Notes: generated by a model not told the origin, from the letters alone. Shown: positions 25,032 through 37,339, counted from the first letter of the whole stretch. The stretch is DNA of 63,398 nucleotides, filler included, from Octopus bimaculoides (GCF_001194135.2; 5 parts of 5 records of this genome joined end to end with filler, not necessarily neighbours in it), one strand, 5' to 3'. Numbers and translations: made by a program.

Positions 25032-26434
25032 TTCTCTCACAGAAAAAATATTGTCTTTTTACTTGAAGTTTTAATTTATTCCTACCATTTTCAGTCACTT
25101 TAATTCATTTTCTCATTTTTCAAAATCAAATACACCTTTGCTTTTATGAGTGACTCTTTATATATAGAGCTGATAAGTTTTAAAATTGAATTATAACAAC
25201 TGGAAGGAACAGGAGATTTGATTTTTTTATAGAGACGTAAGTACTAGTCGTTCACCGACATCAGATGCCTTTACTGAGATTTCTCACCTATCTTACTGCC
25301 CGGATAAATGGTTGCGTAGACAGATGGATCGATGGATCGATGGATTGATGAGCGAATGGACAGATGGACGAATGTATGAGTGATGTGATATATATGCAAA
25401 AGTAACAAATTTCACCTACTATAGATTACTTTTCTATATTAAACTGGTGTATTAGGAGTAAGCAAGATATGCACTTCTAGATGAACCTCCACTATAGAAT
25501 CACTTTTCTCACACAGCAATATAGGAAGAATTGCTTGTATGTAGTCCAACAATATACACGAAATCTTTATTGTTACGTTTAGCACTAATGTTTTCGGAAA
25601 TGATTCAATATGGATTATGCAGTCAGAATATGAAGAAAGTTTATCATCAAACAACACGATCGCTCAATAATCTAATCAATACTCGATTATGAAAAAAGGA
25701 AAAATGCAAAGGAATATGACATTCTTTCACCCTTCTCCGTTATCTTTATAACTGCATGTTTTAATGTTTTGGCTGGTTACAAGGTTTAAGCTTCGATGCT
25801 GCTCCTTCAGTTGTTCATATTTGTGTTGTTGCTATTTTCGTTGCTAGTTACCGCTGAAAGAGCCATATATTTATTAAGGAGTGGACTCACAGTGAAATGG
25901 ACTCAGTATAAATATTGAGTTAAATAATCAAAATAAAAAGATAAATTAAGGGGCGAGTGAGAGAAGGAGAGAGAGAGAGAGAGAGAGAGAGNNNNNNNNN
26001 NNNNNNNNNNNNNNNNNNNNNNNNNNNNNNNNNNNNNNNNNNNNNNNNNNNNNNNNNNNNNNNNNNNNNNNNNNNNNNNNNNNNNNNNNNNNNNNNNNNN
26101 NNNNNNNNNNNNNNNNNNNNNNNNNNNNNNNNNNNNNNNNNNNNNNNNNNNNNNNNNNNNNNNNNNNNNNNNNNNNNNNNNNNNNNNNNNNNNNNNNNNN
26201 NNNNNNNNNNNNNNNNNNNNNNNNNNNNNNNNNNNNNNNNNNNNNNNNNNNNNNNNNNNNNNNNNNNNNNNNNNNNNNNNNNNNNNNNNNNNNNNNNNNN
26301 NNNNNNNNNNNNNNNNNNNNNNNNNNNNNNNNNNNNNNNNNNNNNNNNNNNNNNNNNNNNNNNNNNNNNNNNNNNNNNNNNNNNNNNNNNNNNNNNNNNN
26401 NNNNNNNNNNNNNNNNNNNNNNNNNNNNNNNNNN

Positions 26435-26500
<66 letters not shown>

Positions 26501-26521
26501 GAGACAGACAGATAGATAGAC

Positions 26522-26605
<84 letters not shown>

Positions 26606-27322
26606 TGTGATACTGTAGCTGGATGGATAGACAGCTGGATGCCTGAAAGACTATTTGCATGGGTGGATGACTAGCAATCTGGGTAGAATAGTGAACAGAT
26701 AGACAGATGAATAGTCAGGTAGGTGCGTAAATGTTTAAAATAGGTCGATGAATGAATGGATGGATGTCTCGATGGAGTGATGAACAAAGAAAGGTATGGA
26801 CGGGAAACGTGTTGATGAAGAAGAAATATAATGAATTAAAGTAACAAAGAAGAGAAGCTGGGAAGATATAAATGTGTAGGTGGAATTAATAACGAATAGA
26901 AAACAGAATGACAAAAGTTATATATATATATTCATGTGTATATGAGGTTTTATACGCATGTCTATGTGTGTTTATGTGCATATCTACGCTCGTTTACTTC
27001 ACATATGAAGCTGCTACTTCTCATAGTTATCTCTGCTTGCAGACCGTCGTACAGGAATAACGACTGCAATTTAATATTTCTCTTGCAATTTGCATACGTG
27101 TGTGTATGTATATCTTGATTTGTGTCTGTAAATATAAGCGTGTATGTCTGTATGTGCACATTTTACACATTGTTATTTTCAAAGTGGCATACATACATAT
27201 ATATATATATGTAAAGACATTAATATTTTAGTAAAAATATAGAAATACAACTACAGCTATTTACACACACGTATATATATACATACATATATATATACAC
27301 ACACACGCACACACACACACAT

Positions 27323-27379
<57 letters not shown>

Positions 27380-28274
27380 TGTATATACACACACGCACAC
27401 ACTATATCTGTACTTCAAAAACTCTCTCTCCCCCTTCTGTCTATACACACACGCGCAGATATATGCATATATATATTTATATATATATATAAGTACTCAA
27501 AAAAACGAAAATAAATGAAAAAGACAAGACACACACATATACACACATACACACACATGCACACATACACACACACACACACACACTCACACACACACGT
27601 TCGTATTAAGGCGCATAGGTTCGTTAAATATCATACTTTTAAGCAACTTGATTTTCCAGATAAAAGGAACAACAGCAACAAAGTGCTGATGAAAGTTGAA
27701 AATCGATGTATTTGAGTTCGTTTCATAGATCGATAATGAAGTATCGAAAAATACTTTTTTGAAAAGCTTCATAAAAAGATACCTTGTGTTTTAGTAATTT
27801 ATTTTGAAATAATAAAGGGACTAACGTTTACCTTAGATAGTTGCAGCCTTCTTCACATCTTTGATGCGAACGCTGTCAAGGGATTTGCTCAAAGGTTCAA
27901 GTGTAAGTAGATGTGTTCCTGGTTAGATACGGACAGCTTCACTTGCAACAACTAACACGCAAAATTGTTATCCTTCAATAACTTTTACTCACGCGCGCAT
28001 GTATGTAACCAAATGTAAATGCACACACACGCACTCGCACATATATATATGAACTTACGAGGAGACACATAAGTGCGTGTTGCAATATATACACATATAG
28101 CATGTAGGTATACATATATAATCAAAAAGAGTTAGGGGTTGAGAAACCAACCCACTAAGAGATAATATCTACCCATATACTGCTGGGAGGGTACCCAATT
28201 ATTGTTACACTAGTGGTTTACCAAGTGCAATAAGTGGGTGAGGGTAAAATGGTGTTTTTACCCAAAATTTATAT

Positions 28275-28548
28275 AGCAATAAGAGAATGGAGGAGAATAT
28301 AAGGTACTCATTAACTTGCACTGTACTCTGTTAATTAATCTAAAAGGACAATAAAGACAGACACTTATGACATACTATGTCATATCAACAATTAAAATTT
28401 CAAATTTCAAAGGACATCTCGCAATGTCATAAGTGTCTGTATATTGTCTTTATTGTCCATTTGATTATAAAATAAACGGATTAATCAACAGAGTACAGTG
28501 TCTGCAAGGTGATGAGTACCTCATATTCCCCTCCATTCTCTTACTGCC
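28275..28548. mobile_element. Foldback (long inverted repeat) MITE-like element
   Basis: Left arm GCAATAAGAGAATGGAGG.GAATAT.AGGTACTCAT..CACTGTACTCTGTT..GGACAATAAAGAC..CAGACACTTATGACAT is the reverse complement of the right arm; flanked by TA runs. Confidence 0.8.
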
Positions 28549-28679
28549 ACATATATATATATATATATGCAAAAAAGGACGTGTGCGTTCAATAATATAA
28601 TAATACAAAGAATATATATACATGTATACACACATATATGTACATACTTACATCTATATGTGTATATACATGCATATCA

Positions 28680-28906
28680 GGGTACAGGACGTTCGAACAA
28701 TAAACTACAGACAACGGAACGAACACATAGGAAAACGGAAAGCCACTTGGAATATCCCTTCATCAGCTGTCTCTATTCTATCTAGACGTTTCGAAGACAA
28801 GACAGAACGTACTCTAGAATAGTCTCTTCCTGAGTAGTGGATCAACCCACTACACAGAGGATTCCAAGGTGGCAAACACAAACCAAGACAGGAAAAAATG
28901 GACAGT
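28680..28906 (-). repeat. Family G interspersed repeat
   Basis: Minus strand CTTGTCTTCGAAACG..TAGAT.GAA.AG.GACA.CTG.TGAAGGGATAT..GTCCTGTACC matches 48945-49250 (+). Confidence 0.6.
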
Positions 28907-29006
28907 NNNNNNNNNNNNNNNNNNNNNNNNNNNNNNNNNNNNNNNNNNNNTTAATTAATTAANNNNNNNNNNNNNNNNNNNNNNNNNNNNNNNNNNNNNN
29001 NNNNNN

Positions 29007-29040
<34 letters not shown>

Positions 29041-29419
29041 ATCGGATCAGACCAAATATAAATCAGCTCTCGTTGTTCTTCAAACTTTAACTTCCGCAAG
29101 TTGTCTCTTCAGTCATTGGTAAATTGTCAAACCCTTGAACTTCTGTACAAAAATGATTTCTTCTATTAATATGAGAGAAAGTAAGATATAGCGTTGTCGC
29201 AAGCATGGGCGTGTTGCTAAAAAGCGCTCATGTGTTTCAGTTTTGTTCGCCGTATGCAATGAATTCGATAGGCGTAAATTGTGTGGCCGAAGTTTTTATA
29301 TATGTGTGTGCGTTAAAGGAAATGAGACAACAAAACCAAGGCTGTGTGGAAATTTTAGGGCGTTTATAAAGAGAAAGGTAGTCTTACAGCTATATATATA
29401 TATCTGAAGTGGCATCGCA

Positions 29420-30628
29420 TCCGATGTTTTGGCGGCGAGGTTGGCCCTCGACCAACACTTCAACGCCAAACACGAAGGGTATGTTGTCAGGGCTGGGATG
29501 CGTGCTCTAAGGAACGGTGTTGGAGCCGCACGAGAGGCCCGGGTGGCGGAGGTGCAAAAGGGCAACAAAGCCGCCATTCGGTCTCTGGTAGATGAACAAG
29601 GGCGCGAATTACTCGAGCCAAGTAAAATGTGTGGGGCCTTTCAGCAGCATTTTGCCCGGCTGTTCGGGACGAGTGGCGAGCGAGAACGCAGGGTGGACTT
29701 CAGTGCCTACCTGCACAGCCTGCCACGACTCTCGACAAGAGAGGTAAGGTGCTTCGAAGGTGCCATCACGGCGGCGGAAGTGCGAGACGCAATGGCAGAA
29801 TCCTCGAGGGACAAATCGCCGGGTCTGGATGGTCTACCCTACGAGCTTTACAGTTGTATGTCAAACTTGTTTGGAGACGTCTTGACAGCAGTTTACTGCA
29901 ACTGGCAGCAAAACGGGAGCATCCCCGGTTTTGGGATCCGAGGGGCCATAAGGCTGCTGAACAAAGATCCAACCAAGGGGGACGTAATAGATAACTTTAG
30001 GCCCATCACTCTGCTCAATGCAGACTTGAAAATTTTGGCCAAGGCGTTAGCCAAGAAGTTGGCGCTTGTCATCGAGAAACTGGTCGACAAGGTGCAAACG
30101 TGCGCCTTGCCGGGCCGGAACATCCATGACAACCTCCACCTGATGCGCTACATCATAGACAAGGTAGTTAAGGAACCTGGCATGGGTGGGGGCCTGATCA
30201 ATTTGGATCAATCAAAAGTTTTCGATTGAGTAGACCATCGATACTGGGAGACTGTCCTCATAACGGCTGGTTTCCGTCCCGTCTTCCGCGGCTAGATGGC
30301 TGCCTTGTACAGAGGCATCCATTCGGTAATTCGCGTAAATGGGCATCTATCGAGACCGTTCGACATTGCACGTTCGGTCCGTCAGGGATGCCCCCTCTCG
30401 TCACTTCTGTATGTATTGACTCTCGAACCACTACTGCGGAAGCTGGCGAGGCTGAGGAGCATCCTGTGAGAATTGGGATGCGGGACGAGCGTGTCCGCAT
30501 ACGTGGACGTCGTCACCATCTTGCCAGAAGCACATCGAGGTGGTCGGCGAAAACTCAAAGACTACGAAACGGTAACAGGAGCGAAAATCAACCGGGAAAA
30601 GTCAGTGGACTTGCGGCTCGGCACCTGG
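29420..30628 (+). pseudogene. Tx1/L1-clade LINE ORF2 reverse transcriptase, disrupted, running into gap
   Basis: KSPGLDGLPYELY, FRPITLLNADLKILAKAL, GRNIHDNL, LDQSKVFD*VDH, RQGCPLSSLLY; catalytic YADD degenerated to YVDV; KINREKS. Confidence 0.93.
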
Positions 30629-31077
30629 NNNNNNNNNNNNNNNNNNNNNNNNNNNNNNNNNNNNNNNNNNNNNNNNNNNNNNNNNNNNNNNNNNNNNNNN
30701 NNNNNNNNNNNNNNNNNNNNNNNNNNNNNNNNNNNNNNNNNNNNNNNNNNNNNNNNNNNNNNNNNNNNNNNNNNNNNNNNNNNNNNNNNNNNNNNNNNNN
30801 NNNNNNNNNNNNNNNNNNNNNNNNNNNNNNNNNNNNNNNNNNNNNNNNNNNNNNNNNNNNNNNNNNNNNNNNNNNNNNNNNNNNNNNNNNNNNNNNNNNN
30901 NNNNNNNNNNNNNNNNNNNNNNNNNNNNNNNNNNNNNNNNNNNNNNNNNNNNNNNNNNNNNNNNNNNNNNNNNNNNNNNNNNNNNNNNNNNNNNNNNNNN
31001 NNNNNNNNNNNNNNNNNNNNNNNNNNNNNNNNNNNNATAGGGGATTAGTGGAGGGGAGGTACGATGACGATCTCGGG

Positions 31078-31441
31078 GCGAACAGGGTGGTGTTCATATC
31101 AGTAAGCAGGAGTGCTGATTTTGTAGTGTTTACATATTTTCCGGTGTTAATACTGTCCTACTCTATCGTGGCGATTTTTGTATTCGTTTGGTGTTAGCAC
31201 AGGGCATCCCGAGACTAGATGGTCTATTGTTTCGTCAAATGTGTCGCAGAATCTGCATTTAGAGTCAGAACCATTTTGAAGAACGTTAGCCTGGTAGTTT
31301 TTTGTGAGCAAGCTTTGATCTTGTGCCGCCAATATGAAACCTTCAGTCTCTGCTTTCAGTCCTGAACTTCTCAGCCTCTGATGGGTTGTTGATTGATCTA
31401 CATCAGCATTTCGACTTCGAAATATATACTGTCCATGCAGT
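31078..31441 (-). pseudogene. R4/Dong fragment, second subfamily (CCHC region)
   Basis: LHGQY..GLKAETEGFILAAQDQSLLTKNY..CRFCDTFDETIDHLVSGC..RHDRVGQY..YEHHP; (TAA)n at its 5' side. Confidence 0.88.
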
Positions 31442-31481
31442 ATATTATTATTATTATTATATCATCATCATTATTATTATT

Positions 31482-31954
31482 GAGTGAGAGTAGCACACGC
31501 CATTAAGGTGACATTGGGGTACAAATATACGAAGCCCAATACTCCCATCATGACCACCCGTCTGATAGGGGTACACCAGGCACAGGCATCACAGTCATAT
31601 GTGCGCGACATGATGCCCTCATATGAAGACAAACAGCACATGGCCTTGTAGGTGAGGCCAAGTTAGAATGTTCTTCGGGTCAAGCAGCTCATCCTCTCAA
31701 GAGGTCCCTGAATAAAGGTTGTTTAAGGATGATGCAAACACCAATAAGTATCACGCTCCCCACTACTTCTGCTCGTAATCAGAGATGTACTTATTGTCAG
31801 CTACTAAGGGACATGCTCGACTAGTTAAGGTCAAGCAAATAACAAACAAATCTGTGTTATTGAGTAGAATATTTGCTGTAGCTTATCTTTTACACCAAAG
31901 CAAAACATACATGTAAACACTTCCAAACAGCTAAGATCAGAAGCCATGAGAGCC
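31482..31954 (-). mobile_element. Family F copy
   Basis: Homologous to 5313-5859 and 31981-32442; bracketed by (TAT)n. Confidence 0.88.
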
Positions 31955-31980
31955 ATTATTATATTATTATTATTATTATT

Positions 31981-32441
31981 GAGTGAGAGAGAGCAGTGCA
32001 TGCCATCAAAGTGACACTGGGGTAAAATATACGAAGCCCATTATACCCATCATGACTACTTGTCTTATAAGGGTACACCAGGCACATGCATCACAACCAT
32101 ATGTGCGTGACATGGTGATCTCATATCAAGATGAACAGCGCATGACCTCGCAGGTGGGGCCCAGTTAGAACTTTCTTCGGGTCGAGTAGCCCATCCCGCT
32201 CAAAAGGTCCCTGAATAAGATTTATTTAAGGATGTTGAGCAAAACGCCCATGTTTCCAAAGGTGAATAATTCAAACCCCAAAGAATTCCTCTCAACACAT
32301 GGCTATGATGCTCCCCCACTACTTCTGCTCATGATCAAAGATGTACATATCGTCGGCCACCACGGGACATGCTCAACTGGTTAAGATCAAACAACTGACA
32401 AGCAAATCTGTGGTATTAAGCAGAATATTTGCTGTAGCCCA

Positions 32442-32442
<1 letters not shown>
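31981..32442 (-). mobile_element. Family F copy, 5'-truncated, tandem to previous
   Basis: Same 3' end GAGTGAGAG next to (TAT)n; different truncation point. Confidence 0.88.
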
Positions 32443-32473
<31 letters not shown>

Positions 32474-32478
<5 letters not shown>

Positions 32479-33153
32479 TAGTTTTATTTTTATAACGTGC
32501 TTTCACTTCACTACCGAGCGCAGCTCTGTGCGCCTTGGGTATGTGCTGTGGTTTGCTGTGGTGCTCTTATGTTTACTGTATTGAAAGTGTTTTGCGTAGA
32601 ATGTGTGCAGTACCCAGTAGTGCAATTTTCTGTATGTTATATATATTTGTAAGTCCTGGTGTTTTTGTTATGTATTTGTCTGAATATTTTTTTATTATAC
32701 CTAAGGCACCTACTATGATAGGAATTGTTTCTGTTTTTAGATTCCACATTCGAGTTATCTCTATTTCCAGGTCTTTGNNNNNNNNNNNNNNNNNNNNNNN
32801 NNNNNNNNNNNNNNNNNNNNNNNNNNNNNNNNNNNNNNNNNNNNNNNNNNNNNNNNNNNNNNNNNNNNNNNNNNNNNNNNNNNNNNNNNNNNNNNNNNNN
32901 NNNNNNNNNNNNNNNNNNNNNNNNNNNNNNNNNNNNNNNNNNNNNNNNNNNNNNNNNNNNNNNNNNNNNNNNNNNNNNNNNNNNNNNNTTTTTTCTGTTG
33001 CTATTCCATAATGTTGGCATAGCTTCCAGTGTATATAGGTCCCAGCTCTGTCGTGTCTGTGAATATATTCCTTCTTAGCCAGGACTGGGCAGCCAGAGAT
33101 AATATGATTTATTGTTTCTTGTCGATCTCCACATATTCTACAGCTACTTGTTA
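32474..33153 (-). mobile_element. 5'-truncated R4/Dong element (CCHC + RLE + 3' UTR) spanning a gap, in (TAA)n
   Basis: SCRICGDRQETINHIISGCPVLAKKEYIHRHDRAGTYIHWKLCQHYG; the 3' ~300 bp is nearly identical to 23411-23715. Confidence 0.92.
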
Positions 33154-33187
<34 letters not shown>

Positions 33188-33395
33188 TGGGGCAGTGAGT
33201 TGGCAGAATCGTTAGCACGCCTGGCAAAATGCTTAGCGGTATTTCCTCTGCCTTTTCGTTCTGGGTTCAAATTCCGCCGAGGTCAACTTTCCCTTTCATC
33301 TTTTCGGGGTCGATAAAATAAGTACCAGGTCGATGTAGTCGACTCATCTCCTTTCACAAAATGGCTGCACTTGTGGCAAAATTTCAAACCATTAT
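33188..33395 (+). mobile_element. SINE A
   Basis: GGCAGTGAGTTGGCAGAATCGTTAGCACG..GGGTTCAAATTCCGCCGAGGTC..CTTGTGGCAAAATTT. Confidence 0.85.
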
Positions 33396-34510
33396 TATTA
33401 GTAGTATTATTTATATTATGTTCATATTTGGTGGGGCAATGACGTGGATATTAACAAGTCTAAATAGAACATAAACATCACATATATATCCTTATGTACT
33501 CGTCTTCATGTGCACGTATGTGTGTATGTATGCATATGTATATGCGTGTGTTTGTGCTACAATGCATGGAGAATGCATATTGATCTAGATGTGTGTGTGT
33601 GTCATTGTCTACGCGTGTATATCTGTTTATATAATTTTATTCGTATGTTTTTTCGTATGAACAAAGACACAAAAATTATCATAAACGTTTTGTTTTTGCT
33701 ATGTTTTGATTTCGTTTTTTCTCTTTGTTTAGTTTCTTTGTTTGTTTATGTCCTTATATGAAAAGCCATAGAACTTTCACTATAAAATTGTTACCTATAT
33801 CAAATAAAGCAATCAGGTTAAAAACAGAAGCGATTTTAGTAAATTGATCAAAAGCAAAATTCTTTAAAAACAGATATTGCAATGTATGAAAAACGTTGCT
33901 TCAGACCAAAAAATTATGAAAACAAAAACCAAAAAAAATACTTTTGAAAACATTAAATGAAGCACGTACAAAGCCATATTAATAAAAAGTTAGCTTTTAT
34001 TTCTCAACTGTATGTAATCGTGTAGATGGAAAAATATTTATTTAATATAGTGATTTTTTTTTCTTCTTTTTTATGTATTACGTTATCAAATTCGTCATCA
34101 TCATCAGCATTGACTTCATTTCATCATTATCATCATCATCATCGTGTATCGACTACAACTTGTAGTTGCATCAGAAGTGGTGTGGGGTGTACCATGTCTT
34201 GATCTTTTTTACGTCTATTTTCTTAAGTCAGCAATTGCTTACACCATTGTCCTCCATCAAGATCTTTGACAACAGTTTTGAAAGTACGCCCATAGTTAGT
34301 TCTTGTCGTGGGTCGTCTGTTTCCAGATGGTGACATTACTGAGAAGCAACTCTTAGTACCTCAGATAGTGTTCTATAAGCTTCAACCATCTTCCTGCTGT
34401 CTTGTTGAACAACAGGGAAACATTATACCACAGGGTTATTCATTGGAGGTTTTTTTTGCATCTACCTGACGTTCAAAAACATCCATTATTGCATTATTAT
34501 TGCTGTTGTT

Positions 34511-34735
34511 ATGGCGACGAGCCGGAAGAGTTGTTAGCACGCTGGACGAAATGCTTAGCAGTATTTCGCTCGTTGCTATGTTCTGAGTTCCAATTCTGCC
34601 GAGGTCGGCTTACCTTTCATCCTTTCCGGGTCGACAAATTAAGTACCAGTTGAGTACTGAGGTCGATATAATCGACGAGTCTCCAGCCCACAAATTTAAG
34701 GCCTTGTGCCTCCAGTCGAAAGGATTATTATAATT
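34511..34735 (+). mobile_element. SINE A, full length
   Basis: Family hallmarks; tail GGCCTTGTGCCTCCAGTCGAAAGGATTATT. Confidence 0.85.
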
Positions 34736-34765
34736 ATCATTATTATTATTATTATTATTATTAAT

Positions 34766-35355
34766 AAGACGGCGAGCTGGCAGAATTGTTAGCACGCTGG
34801 ATGAAATACTTACTGGTATTTCTCCTTCGCTACGAAATTGAATTGAATCGTTAGAGCAGCTCTTTACGTTCTGTGTTCGAATCTTGTTTTATTCAACTTT
34901 ATCTTTCATCCTTCCGAGGTCGATAAAAGTAAAGTACCGCTTACGTATTTTAGTAGGTAGGAGCACTCCGTCGTTTACGACGACGAGGGTCCCAGCCGAC
35001 ACGATCAACGGAATGGCCTGCTCGTGAAATTAACGTGCAAGTGGCTGAGCACTCCACAGACACGTTGTACCCTTAACGTAGTTCTCAGGGAGATTCAGCG
35101 TAATACAGAGTGTGATAGGGCTGGGCCTTTGAAATACAGGTACTACTCATTTTTGCCAGCTGAATGAACTGGAGCAACGTGGAATAAAGTGTCTTGCTCA
35201 AGGACACAACGCGTCACCGAGAATTGAACTGACGACCTTAGGATCGTGAGCTAAATGCCCTAACCACTAAGCCATGTGCCTTCCTTATTGGGGTCTATTT
35301 AAACGACTAACATTCCTCCCCCAACACTACTGGCCTTGTACCAAAATTTGAAACA
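34766..35355 (+). mobile_element. SINE A split by a SINE C insertion (halves ~34766-34950 and 35285-35355)
   Basis: AGTACCGCTTACGTATT resumes as TATTGGGGTCTATTTAAACGACT after the insertion. Confidence 0.7.
34951..35284 (-). mobile_element. SINE C, full length
   Basis: GAGCACTCCGTCG..AAATTAACGTGCAAGTGGCTGAG..AAAGTGTCTTGCTCAAGGACACAACGC..CTAACCACTAAGCCA. Confidence 0.92.
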
Positions 35356-35479
35356 TTACTACTACTATTACTACAACTAATATTAGTTTTAGCGCTAAAC
35401 CTCCAATAACTTGGGGCCGTGGGATCTATAAATTTCAAAGCTGATACACACTAATCTGATTAGTAGTAATGTTATCTTG

Positions 35480-35650
35480 TGGCTGGATCACAACACGTCT
35501 CCTCAACTCTCAAGAATTTTCCTTAGGATTCTTGCAGAATATTCGATGGTACTTTTCTGCAGGTTGACAATGCGAGTTTCAATTCCAATTTCTTTCAGTC
35601 TCTTACAAAGTAATTTGAGTGTTGTACTAAGTGCAACAATTACCACTTTT
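35480..35650 (-). pseudogene. R4/Dong RLE C-terminal remnant, third type
   Basis: VVIVALSTT.K.L.KRLKEIGIETRIVNLQKST..YSARILRKILES*; (TAA)n at its 5' side. Confidence 0.7.
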
Positions 35651-35668
35651 ATTATTATTACAAAGTAT

Positions 35669-35877
35669 TGTGAAGGCACACGGCTTAGTGGTGAGGGTCT
35701 ACGGTTCATGATCGTAAAGTCATGAGTTCAATTCCCGGGGGATGCGTTGTGTCCTTAAGCAAGACACTTTATTTCACGTTGCTCCAGTCCACTCAGCTGG
35801 CAAAATGAGTAGTACTTGTATTTCAAAGGGCCGACCTCGTCACACTCTGTGTCACGCTAAATCTCCCTGAGAACTAA
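35669..35877 (+). mobile_element. SINE C, 5' two-thirds
   Basis: GGCTTAGTGGTGAGGG (A-box), GAGTTCAATTCCCGG (B-box), GTGTCCTTAAGCAAGACACTT. Confidence 0.9.
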
Positions 35878-36139
35878 GGCAGTAAGCTGGCAGAATCGTT
35901 AGCACGCCGGACAAAATGCTGAACGGTATTTCATCTATCTTTACGTTCTGAGTTCAAATTCCGCCGAGGTCGACTTTGCTTTTCATCCTTTTGAGTACTG
36001 GGGCCGATGCAATCGACTTAACTCATCACCCAAAATTTCAGGCCTTGTGCCTTTAGTAGAAAGGGTTATTATTACAAATATCATTATCAATATTATTACT
36101 ATTATTATCATTATAAGCTTCTTACAAATTGTTGTTTTC

Positions 36140-36171
<32 letters not shown>

Positions 36172-36335
36172 GATTATCATTATCATCATTCTGGGTTCAA
36201 ATGCCACCAAGGTCTACTTTACCTTTCATTCTTTCGGGGTCGCTAAAACAAATATAGGTCGAGTACCGGCGTCGATGATGCCAAATTACTGCTTCTCATA
36301 AAATTACTAGCTCCCTACCAAAATTTGAAGCCATT
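35877..36335 (+). mobile_element. SINE A (35877-36070) and a second partial copy (~36190-36335)
   Basis: Family hallmarks, separated by an (ATT)n-rich tract. Confidence 0.8.
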
Positions 36336-37339
36336 ATTATTAATAATAATATTTGGTTTAACTCACTTTCGGTTTTATTCCTGGTAGAATTTATGTGGGT
36401 AGCGAGTTACTACTACCTGTAACCTTAGGTGTCATTTTGAGTAGTCTTTCAAGTGCTTAGAACCCTCCTGGTAATCCTTGCTGCCCCTAAGAGACAAACC
36501 TTCTGTAGGAGCTCTACTGAGCATTCTATTCCCCTCTCCTTCAGCCATTAATCTATATCTTTGCTTACTGGTCTCAACGTACCAACTATTATACGCATAC
36601 TCCAAATTCATCCTATTTCAAATTTTAAGGGATTGTATCTTTTTTGTTGTTGATTTTTGCCTTCTTTCTTTACAATCCTCGTATCAAACGGGCATGATAG
36701 GTCGATTATATTATTGTTATCATCAATACTATTATGACCGTTATCATTATTATTATTATCACTACTATTGTTGTTGCGGTCGTTATTATCGTAACTAATG
36801 CGGTTGTTTATAAGATAGAGAACTTAGTTCAAATGATTAATGGTTTGGTTTTCAAACAATTATCAATTTTCTATTTTTTTTTTCCGGTTTTCTTATCATC
36901 ATCATTCCATTAGAATTTTAGAGATTGAGACGATGATATGAAAATATATGGACAATATATTTACATATATTGTCCATATTTATTTAATCAAGATGAGATA
37001 AACAGTATGAAAAATACGTTTGTTTTCTATTGCTGTATCTTATTTTAAAATCACAAAAGCAAAATATAAATATTATTTGTTATTTAGTATAGGTTATGAT
37101 ACTTTTATATGACTTTTCTTCGTAGTTTTATTTCTATTCATATTTTTACTTTATCTTATCAGAAATTTTCTAAAATTTCATTAGTTTGAATTAGTTTGTC
37201 CGGTTTTATAGTTTTTATTGTTTGTTATTGTAGTTGTTGCTGTTTAATCATTTTTCATTTCGTTTAATGAGAGAAATGAAAACAAGGATACGAAGGATAA
37301 AGTCTTATATATGTGTGTGTGTGTGTATGTGTGTGTGTG

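Noticed and set aside
35669-35745. tRNA-like A/B boxes (also in SINE A and B heads)
   Set aside because: They continue into SINE bodies and I could not fold a cloverleaf; not tRNA genes.
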